Shown piece after piece: positions 53,334 to 63,771 of a stretch of 64,000 bases of DNA. Position numbers and translations under genes: made by a program. The notes under the pieces were generated by a model that was not told the DNA's origin, searched no databases, and saw nothing but the letters and a program-made list of their open reading frames with translations. Source of the DNA: an uncultured Chloroflexia bacterium (GTDB taxonomy: Bacteria > Chloroflexota > Anaerolineae > Anaerolineales > UBA4823). Every line of letters starts with the position of its first letter. Within the stretch, counting starts at the first letter, position 1. The stretch covers positions 301,346-365,345 of the forward strand of contig CAVVAJ010000005.1 of the NCBI GenBank assembly GCA_963746255.1, read 5' to 3'.

Positions 53334-54198
53334 TGTGATGATGATGAGTTGTCATATAAATTGGTCTAGGGGGGATATTTCATCAATTGTAATTGGTGAA
53401 GAATACGGGCAGTATATCACAGCACTGCGCAACGCTGGTGTACTCCTGAGAGGATTATATGGGTAACCTGACCACTTATACAGAATAGATATTGCACGAT
53501 CTGGCACATTGAGTATTTATGACGATTGAAGTCTAACTCTTATGGGTTCGGGCAATAAAATGTGAACAGAATTATTGTATTATGGAAAGAAGTAAATAAA
53601 CGAGAAAAGGTGTGGGAAAAAGCCCCATTGGAAAAAACCAGTCCAGAAATAATTCGAGATGATATGGTACGGGGGGGGCAGGTGAGTCATATCAACCGGG
53701 GGGGCGACGACGACCTACTGTTCGTCGGAGAGTTCTATGCTGATTTTTGAGTAATAAATTATTTTATTCACAAGTTCCGAAAGGGAGCAGGATTATGCGG
53801 GGGGCAGAGAAGAATGAAGAGCATTATTACTAGAACAATTGTACTATAAGATTTGGATTTGCGCAAGTGTTCTAGATGAAGAATTTTAGATATTCATTTC
53901 AAATACCCAATTAAAGTTTTGAGGGAGGTAGTCGGTAGAGAGGGGACAAAGACTACCTGCAGCAGCGCGGTGACTCAGATCCTGGCTAACACCTGAATAA
54001 AACGACCAACCCGGGATAGTCATTTGTGCCAGAGAATTTACCATGCAATAAATAACTCGATGGTTATTATAATTATCAAATTAGCTCTCAGTTTCTTTCC
54101 GGTGTGCCTGATTACCTGCCTTACCGCCGCAATGCATATGAACCCCTGCTGCAACTTGCGGCTGGGTGCATCGGATTGTTGGGTTAACTCATGTGCTG

Positions 54199-54915
54199 CT
54201 AATCGTTTCTCAAGTCATCACGTTCTATCTTTTCTGCTTGCCTACTGAGTATGTCTCGCACAGCCAAAGCCGACATGTCTTCGGCGGCCAGTCTGCGGGC
54301 AATTTGTGCAATTGCTGTCTCATAGTCTGCTTGATACTCACTCGAAATTTTACCGTGCACGTCGTGCGTGATTTCCGCCCAAGCGTCTTGAAGTTTTGTC
54401 CGAATCTGGATTTCGCAGATCATGCTATCCTCGACGACAGTGCGTTCTTTTTTGTAGGTCTTCACACGATCATAAGTAATATCTGCCAGAAGGTGTATCG
54501 ATCTGTATCCAGTGCGCTTTGGATCTCTGATGTAGTCTTCCAAAGACCGCGGCTTGATGCGGAACTGCTTGGTAGCCTGGATGTAGTCCAGCATACCGTA
54601 GCAATCATCAACAAACCAGCAAATCACTCTGGCGCCAATAAGGTCCGTGATAACTTCGGTCGGATAGTGGAATATTGGCCAGTTTGTCTTCTCCAGTTTC
54701 CTGAGAAAACTCGCCAATGACTTGACTCTAGCGTACACGTCAACAGCTCTAGACGGGAGTTCGTTTTCTACAGTGTAAGCCGAAGCCAGCTGATCAAGCC
54801 TGATTTTGAGAAGTTGGCTTATCAATTCCAGTTCGTCTTCGTAGGAATCGAAGAACCGAATGGTTCTTTCGGTTAAGAAGTCTCGCCGTTCCTTTCGGGT
54901 TCGGGGCTCGGCCAT
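54199..54915 (-). CDS. RelA/SpoT-domain small alarmone synthetase ((p)ppGpp synthetase, single domain)
   Basis: 238 aa with RVKSLASFLRKL, DLIGARVICWFVDD, GYRSIHLL and EIQIRTKLQDAWAEITHD. Confidence 0.8.
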   Translation of the reverse strand: MAEPRTRKERRDFLTERTIRFFDSYEDELELISQLLKIRLDQLASAYTVENELPSRAVDVYARVKSLASFLRKLEKTNWPIFHYPTEVITDLIGARVICWFVDDCYGMLDYIQATKQFRIKPRSLEDYIRDPKRTGYRSIHLLADITYDRVKTYKKERTVVEDSMICEIQIRTKLQDAWAEITHDVHGKISSEYQADYETAIAQIARRLAAEDMSALAVRDILSRQAEKIERDDLRND

Positions 54916-55215
54916 GACTCACTCCTGCTAGTTTTTTCGTCTCCCCACCGGGAGTTTCACCTGCTGGGCGTTTACATAGTGATTGCTGCTTAATTAGAGC
55001 CAAAAATAGCGAATCGCGCTGCGTATCACTTGGGCGAAGCTCGGCCAGCTGCAAACTGGGTTGGACTGCTCCTTATGCTAATGTTATTGTAACTTACTCA
55101 ATTTCCCTTTTCGCATTTAGTTTCCCCTTTAGTTCTTGCCGTTCTTGTACCCGCTGATCAATTTACTTTTGCCGTTCCTTTCTCATCTAATTATCCTTCC
55201 TGAGGTCCTCATAAC

Positions 55216-55246
55216 AAAAGCAGGCAGCGATCTGCCACCTGCTTTT
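55216..55246. terminator. Rho-independent terminator downstream of the small membrane protein gene
   Basis: AAAAGCAGGCAG-CGAT-CTGCCACCTGCTTTT, symmetric with T/A runs on both sides. Confidence 0.6.
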
Positions 55247-55269
55247 ACAACTTGGGAAGTTATTGCGAA

Positions 55270-55593
55270 TTAATCCCGGGCGGCTTGGAACAGTTCTTTT
55301 AATGCGACCACAATCGTCGCACCAGCGACAAAGGCTACCACAAATGGCAGGACTAATGAAAAAGCTGTCCCCACTACGGGTAAGCTATTAAGCGCCGTCG
55401 CGGAAAGAGTTAACGCAATCGCAGCCAACAAAAAGCTTCGCGTGTCTTCGGCGGTGACATTGAGAATGCCGACAATCACACCCAGGATCGCCAACACCCA
55501 AATCGCCCAGTCGGGTTGATAGAAAAGCCCGGCGAGCACGGCAATAACAAGGCCAATAATAAAAGCCCATTTGCCAATTCTTGCAGTATTCAT
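55270..55593 (-). CDS. Small integral membrane protein (3-4 TM)
   Basis: 107 aa, almost entirely hydrophobic helices. Confidence 0.5.
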   Translation of the reverse strand: MNTARIGKWAFIIGLVIAVLAGLFYQPDWAIWVLAILGVIVGILNVTAEDTRSFLLAAIALTLSATALNSLPVVGTAFSLVLPFVVAFVAGATIVVALKELFQAARD

Positions 55594-56299
55594 TTTAGTC
55601 TCCTTTCAATTAATTGATTACATTGGCGAATAATGGTGCAAACCGTCTTCAAGACGATGCGGTGTTTCACTACTATATAACACTTTTCAGGTAAACAAGT
55701 TATGGGATTATCTCGATATTTGGCTGGGAAGGAGGTTATACGAAAGGGTTCGGCTGCAATATAGCTATCCTGATCCGGTGGGAGAACCATGTTACATGCG
55801 GCCCGAACCCTTACGCTCAGGATGGCACACGGCCATTGCGACCTATGAAGATATTTCCGAAGAGCGATTTGAGTACAAATGGCGATTTGTGGTCATCGCC
55901 GAGGGTTGAGCGCAAGTATCGCAGGGTATTGAATGCTGGGCGGCATGCTGCCACACGGTGCGGTCGTCGCCAGGTGATCCGGGACAGTTGTATCCGCTGT
56001 CGGAGAGGGAGTATCTCATTAGACCCCCTCCTCGGTTCTCCCCCCACGAGGGAAGAAGGTTTTTCTTGGTCCGCATAATTTTTCCCTTGCCCATAGTCTG
56101 CATTACTCCCCATTCCAACTGGGAGGGGGTCGGGGGGTTGGTATATCATCAATCAACACATTATTCTCAGCTCGGTGGGTACATACACCTGGCGGCATTG
56201 CACCCGCCATCTCATCCGCAGTGCTGGTTACAGCGGGCAGATCGAACTGCTGGATGAACTGTCTGGTGAGTGAGCAACCTACCGGGGTAGTATTTACTT

Positions 56300-56569
56300 T
56301 CAATATGTCCAGAACGGGTGGTTACCCGACCCAGGCTGAGTATCTGTCCGTTTTTCAGGCGACTTGTCAAGTGAAATATTGGGACCCTTTCCCTTTGGAT
56401 CAGTGAGAATCACAAAGCCACCACTTGCAGGTCTGACAGGTACATTCCCAAGCACCTCCTGCCATAACTTCATCATTTTATCGAACTCATAGCACCGAAT
56501 TACGATTGAGCCAATTCTCATTTTATAAATGTAACGCCTGGCAAAAAAGGTTTCAACAAAAAGGTGCAA
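56300..56569 (-). pseudogene. Possible truncated VOC/glyoxalase-like gene remnant
   Basis: An 89-aa ORF, IGSIVIRCYEFDKMMKLWQEVLG...GGFVILTDPKG, resembles the first half of a VOC domain but then ends in low-complexity sequence. It sits inside a 1.1-kb non-coding gap. Confidence 0.25.
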
Positions 56570-56675
56570 AGCGCATGTTGAAGGATCTCGGAACTATAGC
56601 TGCCTAACGTCTGGCTTCACCGGCGCCGCGAAGCGGCATCGGGTGGAAGCCAATGTTTGGTTTCTATTTCAAGTA

Positions 56676-57599
56676 TCAACGGGCAAATGCCCGAAAGGGG
56701 TTGACGTGAGTTAGTTGATGGATCATTACTTCATCCAATCCGATAGCCCGCAGCTTTGGCAGAAACTGGTCTGCGAGGTATGTGTATGGTTTGGGAACAC
56801 CGCCACCCGGCAACGCCGGATCATACCATCCTCGGTCATGACTCAGCAGCAATTTACCACCCAAACCAGCGTCTAGTAGGCGTTGAATGTGCTGCAAATA
56901 GTACTCATCAATTTCACTATCGATATTACCAATGGCGTCGTACTCAATCCAAGCCCCGCGTCGAGCCATCTCTAGATGTAACTCGAAATCCGGCTCTGCT
57001 TGGGTATGGATCCAGATAAATCGTTCTACATCATAATTCATCGCCTCGATAATATCGAGTTGGTCCCGAACAACCCGGCCTCGGATCGTATGGCTGCCTA
57101 TAACAGCATTCGTTTCGCGACCAGCAGTTGCAGCCGCCCGTAAGATTTTGGCTTCACATGCAGTTAATCCGTCATCACCTGCGCTCAACTTAATCCAACC
57201 GGCTTGCACACCGCTCTCTTCAATTTCACCTTGCAATTCGCCCAGCATCCAACCGGTCAATTCGGCTTCGCTAGCCGCGTGAGCCCAATCAGGAACCCAA
57301 GGTTCACGATAAATACCAGTTGGAATTACCAAGGGTAGATTGGTGGCTTCAGATACAGCTCGATCAATATCAGCCCGACGTCCCACGCCGACTGTACTGC
57401 ATTCTACAATGGCTGTCACACCGACTTTTTGTGCCTGTTTTATTTCCGGAGCCATTAGCTGGATAACTTCTTCAACTTCAGCCTGGGCATAACCAGGAGT
57501 GTCCCAAGTCCGAAGATCGACAAAGATGTGTTCGTGGGGCAAAATCGACCCCAATTCGGAAGAACTTTTAAGACCAAGGGTGGTAGTTATTCTAGCCAC
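56676..57599 (-). CDS. Phosphotriesterase-family (PTE/Php) metal-dependent hydrolase
   Basis: 307 aa with ILPHEHIFVDL (HxH metal site) near the N-terminus and a TIM-barrel amidohydrolase pattern. Confidence 0.75.
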   Translation of the reverse strand: MARITTTLGLKSSSELGSILPHEHIFVDLRTWDTPGYAQAEVEEVIQLMAPEIKQAQKVGVTAIVECSTVGVGRRADIDRAVSEATNLPLVIPTGIYREPWVPDWAHAASEAELTGWMLGELQGEIEESGVQAGWIKLSAGDDGLTACEAKILRAAATAGRETNAVIGSHTIRGRVVRDQLDIIEAMNYDVERFIWIHTQAEPDFELHLEMARRGAWIEYDAIGNIDSEIDEYYLQHIQRLLDAGLGGKLLLSHDRGWYDPALPGGGVPKPYTYLADQFLPKLRAIGLDEVMIHQLTHVNPFRAFAR

Positions 57600-58144
57600 A
57601 ATACTATTCCTTATCTATTTGCGTTTTCCAAATACCCGCCAGTATTGTAATTATGCAGCGGATAACGGCGAAACCTAACGAATTAAGATTATTGATGTGG
57701 TGCGGTTCCGAATAATACGAACGCTAAACCCAAGATCAGCCACCACATAATCCGCTTTTGAACAAAGCCGAGCAGTCAAAATCGCTATTTGTAATATTAG
57801 CAGAAATTCCCACGAGGTACCCCAGCAAAATCTATGCTGATCTAGAAAGATTGTAGCAATAACCCCCAACATATGCAAGCAACAAGGAAGACGAAAAGCA
57901 AGCTGTGATGTTTAATCGGAGCGCAAACAAAGGGGCAAAGATAGCCACATTTGCAGCCTATTCGATCACAGCAAGACAGGGAGCGGGTACATCAGGGAGG
58001 CTTGCGTTCATAGGTAGGCATGATTTCCTCTTCTTTGCATGTTGCGTCCGGAAAACCGAATCGAGGAAGCTAGGCGAAACAATATGGTACACTAAATTTG
58101 GGGGCTGCGTATCGTGCTCCCCAAATTCAATACACGAGGGAAAT

Positions 58145-60476
58145 ATGACCGATGCAATTACTTTTGGACTGGCACGCATGCACGTGGAATACGGCGAGCG
58201 GCGTGACTTTTTGCCAAAGCTGGTGGCAGACCTGGAGAAACGCGGCGCGCGGGTGTATTTGGAATATGGGTACGGCACCGGTCTGGGATTGACCGAGGAA
58301 GATTATCTGAAGGTCGCTCCGGGGGTGCGCTTTGTTTCGTATCAGGAAGTTTTTAAACAACAAAATGTGCTGGTGTTACGCTGTCCGGCGAACGAGGATT
58401 TGAAAATGATGGAACCAGGCTCCTGCCTGATCTCCATGCTGCACTATCCCACTCGACCGCAGCGCGTGGAATTCCTGCGCTCGCTGGAGATCGAGGCCGT
58501 ATCGCTGGACTCGCTCAAAGACGATTCCGGCCGCCGCATGATCGAAAACCTGCAATCTGTGGCCTGGAACGGGTTGGAAGCGGGTTTCCAGGTGCTGGGC
58601 AGCACCTATCCCTCGCCAGGTCATGGAAAATCCAAAGCGTGGGCCGATCCATGCCACCGTGCTGGGGGTAGGTGCGGTCGGCGGTCACGCGGTGCAGGCA
58701 GCCAGCCGCTACGGCGATATAAAGCTCTGGAAAACGCTGGCCAAACGCGGCACACCCGGCGTACAGGTAACGGCCATTGACTACGACCTGGCCGGGCGAG
58801 AAGAGGTTATGCATGACATCCTGGCGCGCAGCGACCTCCTGGTGGACGCCACCCAGCGCCGTGATACAAGCAAGGCGGTCATCTCCAACGAATGGGTTGG
58901 CTGGCTGCCTGAGCATGCCGTGATCGTGGATTTATCGGTAGACCCGTATATCTGCCAGTATGAGCCAATCGAGGTAAAAGGTATTGAGGGCATTCCACAG
59001 GGCAATCTGGATCAGTATGTTTTCATGCCAAACGACCCGGCGTATGAGCACATACCAGACTGTGTCTCCACAAAAAACCGCCGCTATACGGTTTCCTGTT
59101 ATTCCTGGCCAGGCATCCATCCCAAGAGATGTATGAAATTATACGGGGAGCAAATCCGTCCGATATTACGAACCATCACAGACCGGGGCGGCATTCAGAA
59201 TGTCAACCCACACGGCCGGTATTTTGAACGTGCCATTTGGCAGGCTATGCTTTCGCAATGGGTAAGCCAACTACCTGGCCAGTGGCTCAATCAATCCAGA
59301 GCAGGAGGACAAAGGATGAACCCACCCAAAACCATCGGCTTCCCCCGGATGAGGAACGAAGTAGGAGAGAAGCGCGTTTTCTTACCCGAGTTTATTCAGT
59401 ATCTTGCCAACCTTGGTATGAAAGTGTATATCGAAGAAGGCTATGGCGCACGCTCTGGTTACACGTATGAAGATTACAAGCGCGCCAGTCTCAACATGCA
59501 CATATGCAGCCGCGAGCAGGCCTTCCAAAAGGATGTGTCCATCATCCTGCGCAGCCCTAAACCGGAGGAGTTTGATCTGGTCAAACCCGGCAGCACGCTG
59601 ATCTCCATGCTGCATTATCCAACCCGCTCCAACCGCGTAACCCGATTGCAAGAAGGCGACATCAAGTCCATCTCGCTGGATAGCATCGTCAATGATAGCG
59701 GCATCCGCCTGGTGGAAAACATGAAAGCCGTCGCATGGAACGGTCTCGAAGCGGCCTTTGACTGGCTCGAAATGCAATGGCCAGGCCTGGAACGCCCCGA
59801 CGGGAAACCCATCCAGGTGTTGATCCTGGGGACAGGCATGGTCGGGAAACACGCCATCGAAGCTGCCACCAAACTGGGGAATGTGGAACGCAACAGCGAT
59901 CACATCGCAGAAAAAGGACCGGGTGCTATCGCTCTCTCTGTGGGACGGAATCTTTCATCCAACCCTGTCACGATGGAAGAACTTATGCGGCAATGCGATA
60001 TCCTGGCAGACGCCACCCAGCGCCGCGACACCAGCAAACCGGTTGTTCCAAACGAGTGGATCGCCTGGCTACCAGAGCACGCCGTGATCGTAGACCTGGC
60101 CGTAGACCCGTACACGCTGGATGCCGAACCGCCCGTTGTGCGCGGCGTTGAGGGCATCCCGCAAGGAAACCTGGACCAATACGTCTTCCCGGCAGATGAC
60201 CCTAAATGGGACAAACTTGTACCCGCATCGATTCCATCCAAACACCGCCGCACTACGGTCACATGCTACTCATGGCCGGGCGTGCATCCTGAAGCCTGTA
60301 TGCGGCACTATGCGCACCAACTGGAACCACTCATGTATCACCTGGTCAAAAAAGGCTACGACGGCATCTCCATCGAAGGGGATTACTTCGAGCGCGCGCT
60401 CTACCGCGCCACACTCAAAGCCTGGTTGCAAGATGAAGCTGACAAATCTGGGAGAAAGCAAAAAGGGTCGGAATAG
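58145..60476 (+). CDS. Tandemly duplicated AlaDH/PNT-family dehydrogenase (two full N-domain+Rossmann units in one frame), with a frameshift near 58625-58640 in unit 1
   Basis: Unit 1 N-domain MTDAITFGLARMHVEYGERRDFLP...ISMLHYPTRPQRV...AWNGLEAGF is in frame 2. Its Rossmann domain VLGVGAVGGHAVQAA continues in frame 0. Unit 2 (MNPPKTIGFPRMRNEVGEKRVFLP...ISMLHYPTRSNRV...VLILGTGMVGKHAIEAA) follows with no stop codon between the units. Local GC is about 55%. Confidence 0.6.
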
Positions 60477-60819
60477 GATAACCGGTGGAAAACACATCCG
60501 CTGCCAGCGGGTATTACCTCTTCGATGTGATTCCGGGTGATGATTACTTGGGTCATTGATGAAAACAAGAATGAAGAAAGAATAGCCATTGATGGAATTG
60601 ATGATATTCACAACTTTGCAGATCAAAATTGCCATTGTTCAGCGTTATGATTCTCAGTAGTTATAGTGAAAAACTGCCTAACCCATGTTGTAGCAGACCG
60701 GAGCTATGGGTTGAGCAGAGCGGTGGAGGAGTACATCGCGGAGGCCAACTGGTAAGCCTCCCCTAAAATAATACCAAACGAAATTGGATTTTTCTGGCAC
60801 AATTAAGCAGGAGATTCCG

Positions 60820-61137
60820 ATGAAAAGATCAAGCTACACCGAAACGCAGATAGTCAAAATCCTCAAAGAAGCTGAAGCAGGTGTCGCAGTAGAAGAACCC
60901 AGTCGCCAGCATGGCTTCAGCAAAAGCGCTTTTTACAAATGGAAAGCCAGATACGGTCCCATGGATGCGGCTGCCCTAAAACACCTCAAGGAACTGGAAG
61001 CGGAGAACCAAAAACTGAAAGAGATGTATGCGGACCTGAATCTGGAACACAAAGTGTTGAAGGACATTGTTGAAAAAAGTTGTCACAATAGCGGAGCGCT
61101 GACAGTGAGGTATTCTTTGAACAGTCTGTTGCACTGA
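60820..61137 (+). mobile_element. IS3-family transposase OrfA (HTH + leucine zipper); OrfB missing (IS remnant)
   Basis: MKRSSYTETQIVKILKEAEAGVAVEEPSRQHGFSKSAFYKWKARYG and the canonical A_AAA_AAG slippery heptamer at 61073-61079. All three frames then hit stops within about 60 nt, so there is no transposase catalytic ORF. Confidence 0.75.
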
Positions 61138-61291
61138 CGAGTTGAACCCAGGAATTTTGACGGAACCATTCGCACAGGTATTACATGCAATTGATCGTGC
61201 AGCGTTGAAAGACAGCTTTAAGAAATCTTTGAAGCCATAGATATCCACAGCCGCAAAAAGTGAATCAATTTCGCAGTAGATGGTCAGCTGT

Positions 61292-62872
61292 TTATTCGAG
61301 TTCTTGGCAGCCGGGGCGATTATCGGAAACCTGGGTATAGTCGAAAGGGGTTTTATAGACAGAGAAGAGGCTGATATCCGGCAAGAGTTCGTATTGACCA
61401 TTGAAATAACGGTTGAAAATTACCCGAAATGTGTTGACAGGTGAGATCTGGATATATAAATCCACGCTGCCATTTTCAGGTAGGTAATACGCGTTTAATA
61501 TTTTCATGCGGTTTTTTGGGGCTAGCTCGACACCACCGTGGTCTGCCTGCAGGATAATGACCGGTGGGGTCTCCGATTCAATTATCATCGTACCCAGCAT
61601 TGGAATGAGCTGTTGATTTAAAAAGGTCACCTGGTCGCGGTACGCAGTTAATTTCTCTTGGTCGTAATCCCTAAATTCTCCGTCCGGACCAAAGACATAC
61701 GGTGGGTGGGGGATCACAAGATGGGCGAAGACAAATTTCGGCCCTGATTGTGTTGGTAATTTTTCCAATTGATCAAGAGAATATATGATGCGGTCACGGT
61801 GGATTCGGCGGGGGTTATCGAAATCCGGCAGGAGGTATTCGGGCATCTTTCTGGATGCGTCTACGAAAACTGAGGCTGCTGAGTTATTCAGGAGCATCAA
61901 TTCAAATCCGTTTATCCCGGAAACAATCTGTAAATTTCCTAATGAGGATGGAGATGGCGAGAAGTAGAAATCGGCGTCATCCCATTCGGTGCCTTTAAAA
62001 CCTGTTTCAAATGCGACTATGTCATAGCCGAGTTTTTCAAATATTTTACGCACCTTGCTGTGCTGGATGAATTCATGGATGCCGATCCTTTTTTGATTGC
62101 CTGGATTAAATTGCTCACTCAGCCTGTCTAGATAATCATAATTCAACGAGGATGCTAGAGATAATTGGGTCTGGGAATAATTACTCTGACTGCAGTTGGC
62201 AACAAAAAAACCGAGCTGTTCCAGTTGATTTAAGAACGAGGAATTATCCAGATCATAATATTTAAGCAGTTCATCATCTCGCGAATAGGCATCCAAGATG
62301 ATGTAGTAGACATCTGGCGGACTCGTACCTTGTGAGAAGCGTAATATCCCGGATTCAGCATCGATATAATCTTCATCAGCTGCCGTTGGTTGAGCATGAA
62401 AACTGTAAGATGCAATCTGGAAAAGCGGTATGATCAAGGCAATGGATGCAACCAGGTTGAGGTATCTGTTGGTATTTTTCAATTCTGGCTTTACCCGTCT
62501 CAGCCAATAAAATATCACGGTCAGCACTGCTATCGATATAGGTATGAGTAACCGGTGTCTGGCAGCAGCAACCCCGATGCGATCCATATCTTTCAGGAAG
62601 TGGTACACGTGGCCGTAGCTGAAGAAGGTGATCAGGGTAGTTGTTGTCAGAATTGCAGCATAGTCCCACTGCTTAAGTATTAATCGGAAGATGATCATCA
62701 ACAATATTGATACCAGGAGTGAGACAAAGAGTGCTCGCACCGCAACATACGGTCTGATCTCTTCGATATTGTGACCCAGGAGAGCTATCCCTGGATACAG
62801 CGCGAAAAGTAATGGGTAAATGGGAAGTTTAATCAAGCTGCTCAAATTTTCGGTAATTTTCATATCAAACAA
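61292..62872 (-). CDS. Membrane protein with N-terminal 5-TM region and extracytoplasmic sulfatase/alkaline-phosphatase-superfamily-like domain (LtaS/EptA-like)
   Basis: 526 aa with TM helices over the first ~150 aa, then DVYYIILDAYSRDDE; the call rests on this architecture resemblance only. Confidence 0.4.
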   Translation of the reverse strand: MFDMKITENLSSLIKLPIYPLLFALYPGIALLGHNIEEIRPYVAVRALFVSLLVSILLMIIFRLILKQWDYAAILTTTTLITFFSYGHVYHFLKDMDRIGVAAARHRLLIPISIAVLTVIFYWLRRVKPELKNTNRYLNLVASIALIIPLFQIASYSFHAQPTAADEDYIDAESGILRFSQGTSPPDVYYIILDAYSRDDELLKYYDLDNSSFLNQLEQLGFFVANCSQSNYSQTQLSLASSLNYDYLDRLSEQFNPGNQKRIGIHEFIQHSKVRKIFEKLGYDIVAFETGFKGTEWDDADFYFSPSPSSLGNLQIVSGINGFELMLLNNSAASVFVDASRKMPEYLLPDFDNPRRIHRDRIIYSLDQLEKLPTQSGPKFVFAHLVIPHPPYVFGPDGEFRDYDQEKLTAYRDQVTFLNQQLIPMLGTMIIESETPPVIILQADHGGVELAPKNRMKILNAYYLPENGSVDLYIQISPVNTFRVIFNRYFNGQYELLPDISLFSVYKTPFDYTQVSDNRPGCQELE

Positions 62873-62945
62873 ATCACTAATTCATAAAAACAATGCTCCA
62901 AACTGGATGTTTGGAGCCGGCGTTATCCAAGATTATTCTAGAAAG

Positions 62946-63017
62946 AGCGGGTGACGGGACTCGAACCCGTGACATCCTGCTTGGGAAGCAGACGTTCTAC
63001 CACTGAACTACACCCGC
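62946..63017 (-). tRNA. tRNA-Gly (anticodon CCC)
   Basis: The reverse complement reads GCGGGTGTAGTTCAGTGGTAGAACG...CTGCTTCCCAAGCAG...GGGTTCGAGTCCCGTCACCCGCT. Acceptor GCGGGTG/CACCCGC; anticodon loop TTCCCAA. Confidence 0.8.
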
Positions 63018-63054
63018 CGATGTTTTTGGATTATAGTCATGGCCGCGATAGATG

Positions 63055-63768
63055 TCAAGTCAGTTGATCTGCTGGTGCAATTTCATAAACGTAGGCATTA
63101 CCACGTTTGCCGGTCATTCTGATATTGCCCATGTGCTTTAAACAATAGGACATCTTTTGGGCAAGGCGCAGCGGAATAGAACCCTGCTCAGCCAAATCAC
63201 GTGCGGAAAAAGAGGTTGGTAGGTCTGGCGGCAGAAACTGTTGAAAATCACGCGGATTTTTCAAGACCAACCGGTCGATAACTGCAGTTAACGTGCGGTC
63301 AGAGATGCTCCAACCTTTCCGCCGCCATGATCCTTTTCCATCTTGAATGCGGATCTCCTCGACATGTATAAGTAAGATTTCTAGGCTGAATTGGGGGTGA
63401 GTGATTAGATCTGGTATACGGACTAGTTCATCGAATATGTGGATAAATCGACCGCGCTTGGGTGACTTCCGGCGCGAAGGAGAATTATTGCCATTTTCTG
63501 GAAGGCGGGTGATCCATTTCTCCTGGGAAATTGGATGGACGAGATGGACAGTGTGATTTTCGAGCAATGTACGGAGTTTATGCTTGATTTGGGCGAAATT
63601 TCGGGTTTGGATTTCGATCAGCAGATCATCCCGCAGGATATCGATTACGTAACCGTTCATTGGGACTTCAAGTCGATCGCCGGGGATGGCATACCAATCT
63701 TTTACTGCCGCGTGGAGTGAGGATTCACTTAGGGTTCCAATTAATGGGCTGGATCCTTCATCCTTCAT
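63055..63768 (-). CDS. Hypothetical protein, possible PD-(D/E)xK nuclease-fold
   Basis: 237 aa with YVIDILRDDLLIEIQTR, a D...(D/E)xK-like motif, and a basic Ser/Arg-rich internal segment. It lies immediately next to tRNA-Gly. Confidence 0.3.
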   Translation of the reverse strand: MKDEGSSPLIGTLSESSLHAAVKDWYAIPGDRLEVPMNGYVIDILRDDLLIEIQTRNFAQIKHKLRTLLENHTVHLVHPISQEKWITRLPENGNNSPSRRKSPKRGRFIHIFDELVRIPDLITHPQFSLEILLIHVEEIRIQDGKGSWRRKGWSISDRTLTAVIDRLVLKNPRDFQQFLPPDLPTSFSARDLAEQGSIPLRLAQKMSYCLKHMGNIRMTGKRGNAYVYEIAPADQLT

Positions 63769-63771
63769 ATT

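Noticed and set aside
53562-53750. 62-aa ORF in the AT-rich gap downstream of the SAS gene
   Set aside because: It has no RBS, and its Gly runs come from G-homopolymers (GGGGGGG). It could be an antitoxin-like peptide, but there is no supporting evidence, so it is kept only as a note in the SAS finding.
55800-56300. Searched the 1.1-kb gap for RNase P RNA, tmRNA, SRP RNA or group II intron domain V signatures
   Set aside because: None of the conserved cores (RNase P GGAAAGTCCGG, tmRNA tag-reading frame/3' tRNA-like end, intron domain V) could be found by eye. Only an unexplained GC-rich inverted repeat remains.
58376-60262. Cluster of 60-170-aa ORFs on the reverse strand of the AlaDH-like duplication
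   Set aside because: They are typical spurious ORFs from elevated GC: Arg/Pro/Gly-rich, with no motifs, and all overlapping a strongly supported forward CDS.
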